Below are positions 16,039 through 20,969 of a DNA stretch of 20,969 nucleotides, in pieces; within the stretch, counting starts at the first letter, position 1, and every line of letters starts with the position of its first letter. The stretch is taken from NCBI GenBank assembly GCA_964587725.1, contig CAZPLO010000001.1, forward strand, positions 215,308-236,276, given 5' to 3'. Position numbers and translations under genes: made by a program. This DNA comes from an uncultured archaeon. GTDB lineage: Archaea > Altiarchaeota > Altiarchaeia > IMC4 > SCGC-AAA252-I15. A model generated the notes under the pieces. The model was given only the letters and a program-made list of their open reading frames with translations. It did no database searches and had not been told where the DNA came from.

Positions 16039-17283
16039 TCACAGTATGGGTGTTCTGTCGTTTATTTCGCCCGCAAGGCTCGACCGCATCATCTCCGACA
16101 CCTTATCGCCGCTGGCGTGGGCTAGAACCCACATCAGCTTGACATACGCTGTTTCAGGCAGCATGTCACCACATGGTATGACGCCCATGTCCAGCATCTG
16201 ACGGCCTGTCGCGTAGACGTTCATGTTAACCCTGCCGTACAGTGTCTGAGTCGTCATAGCCACAGACACGCCGGAGGATATGGCCGCCTTTATAGAGTCG
16301 AATATGCGCTCAGACACGTGGCCCAGCCCCGTGCCCTCAAGAACAATACCCTCCACCCCGGATTTGACAACCGCATCGAACGTCTTCGGAGTGAGGCCGG
16401 GATAGTATTTGAGCAGTGAAACAGACTCCTCCAGTTTGGCGTCGAGTTCGAGCTTCTTTGAGCCTGGAAGGTGATTTATGCACAATTCCCCGCCTTCGAC
16501 GGTTCCGATTGGTTCTTCGTTGACAGTGTGGAATGCGTCGCGGCGGCTGGAATGCAGCTTCCTAACCCTGGTGCCCCGGTGTATGAGGGAGCATGTGTCG
16601 GACATGCCACCGTGCATGACAACACAGACCCCTGGATAACCGGACTTCGAAGCCACGAGGGCCGCGTCCACCAGGTTCTGGGCCGCATCCGAGGAGCCGC
16701 GGTCACTTGAGCGCTGTGCGCCCGTGAACACCACAGGCTTGGGAGTTTGGAGCATGAAGGACAGTGCCGCGGCGGAGTATCCCATGGTGTCCGTGCCGTG
16801 GGTTATGACCACCCCGTCTGAGGACTTGAGTTCAGAATATGCTTCCTCAGCCAGCTTCGCCCAGTCCGCAGGGACCATGTTTTCAGAGAACTTGTTGAAC
16901 ACCTGCTTGCCTTTCACATTCGCCACATCCTCCAATTCCGGGACGGCAGATATGAGCTCGTCTGCGCTGAAAGCTGAATGAACGCCACCAGTAAGGTAGT
17001 CGACCCTGCTGGCTATGGTGCCGCCGGTGGCAAGTATGGATATGGAAGGCTTGGAAGGGTCTCTGACGTGCTCTTTAAGAGTGAACTCCTCCTTCCCACA
17101 TTCATGAAAGAGAACTTTCATCGACTTTATGCGACCTTTTTCCACACCCACGTTGTAGCCGCTGTCCAGCTTCAACGTGACGTGTTTTTTGTCAGCCAGC
17201 TCCGGACGGGGCATGAGGATTCCGACATATTTTTTGTCCGCAGTCTCCACCTCTACCCGGTCTCCCGGCTTAGCTTCGCCCAT
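16039..17283 (-). CDS. gatD: Glu-tRNA(Gln) amidotransferase subunit D
   Basis: N-terminal LKLDSGYNVG domain, TGGTIASRVDYLTGGV, SENM, HGTDTM, GAQRSSDRGSSD, KLHSSRRDAF, GTGLGHV, MLPETAYVKLMW. Confidence 0.96.
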   Translation of the reverse strand: MGEAKPGDRVEVETADKKYVGILMPRPELADKKHVTLKLDSGYNVGVEKGRIKSMKVLFHECGKEEFTLKEHVRDPSKPSISILATGGTIASRVDYLTGGVHSAFSADELISAVPELEDVANVKGKQVFNKFSENMVPADWAKLAEEAYSELKSSDGVVITHGTDTMGYSAAALSFMLQTPKPVVFTGAQRSSDRGSSDAAQNLVDAALVASKSGYPGVCVVMHGGMSDTCSLIHRGTRVRKLHSSRRDAFHTVNEEPIGTVEGGELCINHLPGSKKLELDAKLEESVSLLKYYPGLTPKTFDAVVKSGVEGIVLEGTGLGHVSERIFDSIKAAISSGVSVAMTTQTLYGRVNMNVYATGRQMLDMGVIPCGDMLPETAYVKLMWVLAHASGDKVSEMMRSSLAGEINDRTPIL

Positions 17284-17759
17284 TTCCTGAAAGCCTCCGT
17301 TAACTCATCGTCGAACCCGACTAAATAAACAGTGAACGACGGGTTAAAATCAGTCACCCTCTCAACCATCGCACGTGCAGCGTCCGAGACGGGGACGCCG
17401 CCTACGCCACACCCCATGCCGGGGAACGCTAGTGATTCGACACCTAGCTCGGACGCCTTCTCCAACGCGGCAGCGGTTGCGAGCCGGACGTTTTCCAGGC
17501 CAATCTGTTCTGCCGGCTCAGTCATGGTGGGGGCGTGTATGACGTACCTGCATGACATACTGCCGCCGGTTGTTTCAACCGCCGAACCCACAGATATGGG
17601 AGCCTTTGAAACAGCCTCTTCCTCAACAACCCTGCCGCCGGCGCGTTTGAGGGCGTATGCGACTCCGCCACCCATCCACCCTTGGGAGTTCGCGGGGTTT
17701 ACCACCGCATCAGCCGTGGATTTGCTCAAGTCGCCTTTGACAACGATTATTCCAACCAT
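17253..17759 (-). CDS. Macro-domain (ADP-ribose binding/processing) protein, AF1521-like
   Basis: KGDLS, DAVVNPAN..MGGGVAYAL, YVIHAPT, AFPGMGCGVGG; overlaps the gatD start by 31 nt. Confidence 0.93.
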   Translation of the reverse strand: MVGIIVVKGDLSKSTADAVVNPANSQGWMGGGVAYALKRAGGRVVEEEAVSKAPISVGSAVETTGGSMSCRYVIHAPTMTEPAEQIGLENVRLATAAALEKASELGVESLAFPGMGCGVGGVPVSDAARAMVERVTDFNPSFTVYLVGFDDELTEAFRKWAKLSRETG

Positions 17760-17796
17760 ACAGTATTCTTATAGTGGAGTGGACATATATCTTGCC

Positions 17797-17955
17797 ATGG
17801 CTAAGAAATGCAGCAGCTGCGGGCGGGAGGTGAAGTCCAGGTACAGCGAGTTCAAGTGCCCGCAGTGCGGTGAGGAGAAAATCGTGCGTTGCGAGGACTG
17901 CCGCACCCTCGCCACCAAATACACCTGCGGCAAATGCGGCTTCACAGGACCGTGA
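17797..17955 (+). CDS. DUF1610/COG2888 (HVO_2753-like) zinc-finger protein, 52 aa
   Basis: MAKKCSSCG...FKCPQCGE..IVRCEDCR....YTCGKCGFTGP: four CxxC pairs and the terminal GFxGP. It is the C-terminal part of track ORF 17332..17955. Confidence 0.9.
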   Translation: MAKKCSSCGREVKSRYSEFKCPQCGEEKIVRCEDCRTLATKYTCGKCGFTGP

Positions 17956-17957
17956 AG

Positions 17958-18533
17958 ATGAACAAGGTTACGGTAGACCCTGAAAACCCCGCCGAAGAGG
18001 CGCTTTCGGAGGCGGCTAAGATAGTCTCCGGCGGCGGGCTGATAGTCTACCCCACAGACACGGTGTACGGCGTCGGGTGCGTACTCGACGAGGAGCCTGT
18101 GAAACGCGTTTACGCGTTGAAGGGTCGCGGCTGGGACACGCCGTTGAGTGTGGCGTTCTCCAACCTGGAGGAAGTTAGGCACTACACGTTTTTGTCGCAC
18201 GAGCAGGAAGAGTACGTCACAAAGGAGTTCATGAACGGCACCACCTTCATACTGAAGAAGAAGCACGTGCCGGACTACGTCACCGCCGGACTGGACACGG
18301 TGGCTGTCAGGATACCTGCCAGCAGGGTGTGCCTGGAGCTTCTTGAGAGGACGGGGCCGCTTGTTTCCACGAGCGCGAACCCCAGCGGCGGCCAGGCCGC
18401 GGCCTCTATAGAAGAAGTGGATGAACGCATACTGGAGGGTGTGGATGTGGTGTTGGATGCGGGCAGGTGCATGTACGGCAGGCCGTCCAGGATAATAGAC
18501 CTCACCCGCGGCGGGAGGGTGCTGCGGAACTAA
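17958..18533 (+). CDS. tsaC: L-threonylcarbamoyladenylate synthase (TsaC/YrdC domain only)
   Basis: YPTDTVYGVG, YALKGR, TVAVRIP, STSANPSG, PSRIIDL; ATG 17958; no C-terminal SUA5 domain. Confidence 0.92.
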   Translation: MNKVTVDPENPAEEALSEAAKIVSGGGLIVYPTDTVYGVGCVLDEEPVKRVYALKGRGWDTPLSVAFSNLEEVRHYTFLSHEQEEYVTKEFMNGTTFILKKKHVPDYVTAGLDTVAVRIPASRVCLELLERTGPLVSTSANPSGGQAAASIEEVDERILEGVDVVLDAGRCMYGRPSRIIDLTRGGRVLRN

Positions 18534-18615
18534 CCGCCGTGCATTGGCCTGTTTTTATGTCGTAGGCGATGCAGGATGAGTCACACTCCCTGCGGGGGTC
18601 AAGTTTGCACTTCAT
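18502..18615 (-). CDS. Putative 37-aa four-cysteine microprotein
   Basis: Hand translation: MKCKLDPRRECDSSCIAYDIKTGQCTAVSSAAPSRRG. Fills the tsaC-nadC gap. Confidence 0.5.
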   Translation of the reverse strand: MKCKLDPRRECDSSCIAYDIKTGQCTAVSSAAPSRRG

Positions 18616-18655
18616 CTTAGGGCATTCAGGGTAGGAAATTATTTGGGTTAATGGT

Positions 18656-19501
18656 TTAAATCTGAGTTTCGATGTTGAGGGACAGGTCGAACGCCGGCGC
18701 GGAATGGGTCAGCGCCCCCACGGAGATCCAGTCCACCACGGTTTTCCCGTAGAACCGGAGGTTGCGGAGGTTGACGCCTCCGGAGACCTCCAGGATGAGG
18801 GTTTTGCGAAGGCCTCGCTTCCTAAGCTCTTCCACCGCGGCTCGTATCTGTTTGGGCCGCATGTTGTCGAACATTATGACGTCCGCCCCCGCCTCCGCGG
18901 CCTCCACAGCCTCTTTGAGGGAAGTCACCTCCACTTCAACCTTGGAATTGGTCTTTGACTTCTGGACTGCGGCGACCGCCACCCCTATGCTGTCGAACAG
19001 CATCAGGTGGTTGTCTTTCAGGAGTATCATGTCGTACACGCCCATGCGGTGCGGCAGGCCCCCGCCCAATTCAACAGCCTTTTTCTCGAAGTATCGGAAT
19101 CCGGGGGTGGTTTTCCTGGTGGCGGTGACCCGAGCCTTCGACCGCATCTTCTTCAGCGTGTCCGCGTATTTCCGGGTTAAGGTTGTGACGCCGCTCATCA
19201 TGGACAGGACATTCAATGCCGTCCGTTCCACAGGCAACAAGTCATGTGACTTACCCTGCAGCGACATAATCTTCTGCCCGTATCTGACCCTGGTGCCGTC
19301 TTTCACGTGGGCTTTGACTTTGACATTGTGGTGTCTGAAGAGGAGAGCGGCCTCGTGGAGGCCGGAGACGCTGCCGGACTGTTTTGCAGTGATTGATGCT
19401 TTGACTTTAACGTTTGGTGTTACTGCGGTGGATATATCTCCTGAACCCACGTCTTCGCGCAGCATAGCCTCCAGGGTCTTCAGTAGTTCGCGTTCGTCCA
19501 T
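18656..19501 (-). CDS. nadC: Quinolinate phosphoribosyltransferase (nicotinate-nucleotide diphosphorylase, carboxylating)
   Basis: EDVGSGDIST, ERTALN, TRKTTPG, HRMG..D..LLKDNH, EVEV, IMFDNM, EVSGGV, ISVGALTHSA. Confidence 0.96.
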   Translation of the reverse strand: MDERELLKTLEAMLREDVGSGDISTAVTPNVKVKASITAKQSGSVSGLHEAALLFRHHNVKVKAHVKDGTRVRYGQKIMSLQGKSHDLLPVERTALNVLSMMSGVTTLTRKYADTLKKMRSKARVTATRKTTPGFRYFEKKAVELGGGLPHRMGVYDMILLKDNHLMLFDSIGVAVAAVQKSKTNSKVEVEVTSLKEAVEAAEAGADVIMFDNMRPKQIRAAVEELRKRGLRKTLILEVSGGVNLRNLRFYGKTVVDWISVGALTHSAPAFDLSLNIETQI

Positions 19502-19525
19502 CGTCGGAAAAAGAAGTCGGGTGAA

Positions 19526-19783
19526 TTATTTTTTGGGCATTGGGGGCTTGGACGTTAGGATTATGTCTCCTACTTCAACGACGTCGTCGTAGCTGATGCT
19601 CTGCTCCTGCAGGACACGCCTGACTTCATCGCTGGGCAGGCCGCCGCCCCTGAAGGACTTCAGACTCAAACGCATTACCTCGCCTTTATCGAGGTTTAAT
19701 ATGACGTCCTCAACCTTGCCGACGTACTGCGCCTTTTGAGTGTAGATGTCCATCCCGTATAATTCTGAAAGTCGCTTGCTCAT
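19526..19783 (-). CDS. PRC-barrel domain protein (archaeal CdpB-like family)
   Basis: LSELYGMDIYT...YVGKVEDVILN...ISYDDVVEVGDIIL; start at 19783 or 19792. Confidence 0.88.
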   Translation of the reverse strand: MSKRLSELYGMDIYTQKAQYVGKVEDVILNLDKGEVMRLSLKSFRGGGLPSDEVRRVLQEQSISYDDVVEVGDIILTSKPPMPKK

Positions 19784-19939
19784 GGTAATCACGTGAATTA
19801 GATAATAATATGAGGTGGGGCTTAAAAAAGAATCAGGGGACGCGGGGGAGGGGGGTAACTTCCAGTATTCTGGTGTATTTTCCTGTGGTGTGAAGGTGAG
19901 GGGGGATTTTAATGTGTGGAGGCCATATGTTTTATTAGG

Positions 19940-20941
19940 ATGGCTGCTGCTACACCGCCTGTGGAGCCGGAGATGCTGGCTTTCTTCCTCATAGCCGTGG
20001 TTGCCACAATCCTGGGTCTGAAGTCGATTGTCATCATCCGCCCGTTCGAACGCGGGGTGGTGGAGCGGTTCGGCCGCTACAACAGAACCTTGGGCGCGGG
20101 CCTGAACATCATCCTCCCCTTCATAGAAAACACCTACCGGGTGGACATGCGGGAGGCGTTGATTGACGTGCCCGCCCAGGACGTGATTACCAAGGACAAC
20201 GTCAACATAGCTGTGGACGCGGTAATCTATTTCAAGGTGACGGACCCGTTCCGTGTCATGTACAACGTCGCCGTCTTCGAGGACGCGATCAGCAAGCTGG
20301 CGCAGACAAACCTGCGTAACATCATCGGAGACATGAACCTCGACAACACTTTAGCGAGCAGGGATAGCATCAACATGGAATTGCGGAAGACCTTGGACGA
20401 AATAACCGACCGGTGGGGTGTGCGGGTGACGCGGGTAGAGATACAGGACATCCGGCCGCCGCAGGATATTGTGGAGGCGATGAGCCGCCAGATGAAGGCT
20501 GAGCGTATGAAACGCGCCTCTATCTTGGAGGCGGAGGGACTGAAGCAGTCCGAGATACTTAAGGCGGAGGGCCGGAAGGCGTCTGATATATTGGAGGCGG
20601 AGGGTGAGGCCCAGGCCATCGCCACAGTCGCGGACGCGGAGCGTAAAAAGAAGGTGCTGATAAGCGAGGGTGAAGCCCGCGCAATAGGAAAAGTCTTCGG
20701 CGCCATACACAAGGGCCGCGCCACAAAGGACATACTGATGATAAGGTACCTGGAGGCTTTGGAGAGGATGGCTGACGGTAAAGCCACCAAAATATTCCTG
20801 CCCGTTGAAACCAGCGGCGTATTAAGCGGCGCGGCCGCGTTGGGGGAGATGCTCCGCGGCGAAGGAGGCGTGAAAAAACTCCTCGGCGGCAAAGAAGAAA
20901 AAAAGGGAAAACTTGAAAACGCCGGCGAAGAAGAGGGATAA
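19940..20941 (+). CDS. SPFH/band-7 (stomatin/QmcA-like) membrane protein
   Basis: N-terminal TM, ERGVVERFGRY, QDVITKDNV, AQTNLRNIIG, WGVRVTRVEI, QMKAERMKRA and AEG coiled-coil repeats; start uncertain (19916/19940/19973). Confidence 0.93.
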   Translation: MAAATPPVEPEMLAFFLIAVVATILGLKSIVIIRPFERGVVERFGRYNRTLGAGLNIILPFIENTYRVDMREALIDVPAQDVITKDNVNIAVDAVIYFKVTDPFRVMYNVAVFEDAISKLAQTNLRNIIGDMNLDNTLASRDSINMELRKTLDEITDRWGVRVTRVEIQDIRPPQDIVEAMSRQMKAERMKRASILEAEGLKQSEILKAEGRKASDILEAEGEAQAIATVADAERKKKVLISEGEARAIGKVFGAIHKGRATKDILMIRYLEALERMADGKATKIFLPVETSGVLSGAAALGEMLRGEGGVKKLLGGKEEKKGKLENAGEEEG

Positions 20942-20969
20942 TGTCTAGATGGTAGGCCCTAGACAATAG

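Noticed and set aside
14457-16043. Autonomous transposon or integrated virus/plasmid
   Set aside because: No transposase, integrase or terminal inverted repeats. The ATPase shares only general AAA+ features with TnsC/TniB. Kept only as a possible scar.
17332-17796. 207-aa ORF as a long zinc-finger protein
   Set aside because: The upstream part is antisense to the macro-domain gene; only the last 52 aa match the zinc-finger family.
20941-20969. Start of an NfeD partner gene after the SPFH gene
   Set aside because: Both plus-strand ATGs reach stops within 7 codons; nothing can be supported at the window edge.

Overview
Archaeal chromosomal segment, identified by archaea-specific markers (tiaS, gatD, Nre, an archaellin-like gene, a DUF1610-type zinc finger, archaeal-type PheT sequence, TATA-type promoters); a DPANN/Altiarchaeota-like host is plausible but not demonstrable from this window. 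It is densely coding and mostly housekeeping: tandem AAA ATPase, a four-gene membrane cluster, TrkA/TrkH, TctA-family permease, tiaS, gatD, macro domain, TsaC, nadC, PRC-barrel and SPFH. Three things stand out. (1) At 14457-16043, an AT-rich array of direct and inverted TAAGTCA heptads precedes an AAA+/winged-helix gene, followed by a second very AT-rich tract and an unannotated ribbon-helix-helix gene; this resembles a non-canonical origin/initiator or centromere-operator module. (2) A full-length, double-ATP-cone class III RNR (NrdD) homologue appears to have lost its cysteine finger loop and other catalytic motifs and lies 2 nt upstream of the PCNA-binding repair gene nre. (3) A PheT gene stops right after the B3/4 editing domain. 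Also seen: two Cys-rich micro-ORFs (one missing from the ORF track) and a candidate structured RNA. All family calls come from motif recognition by eye; no searches were run.
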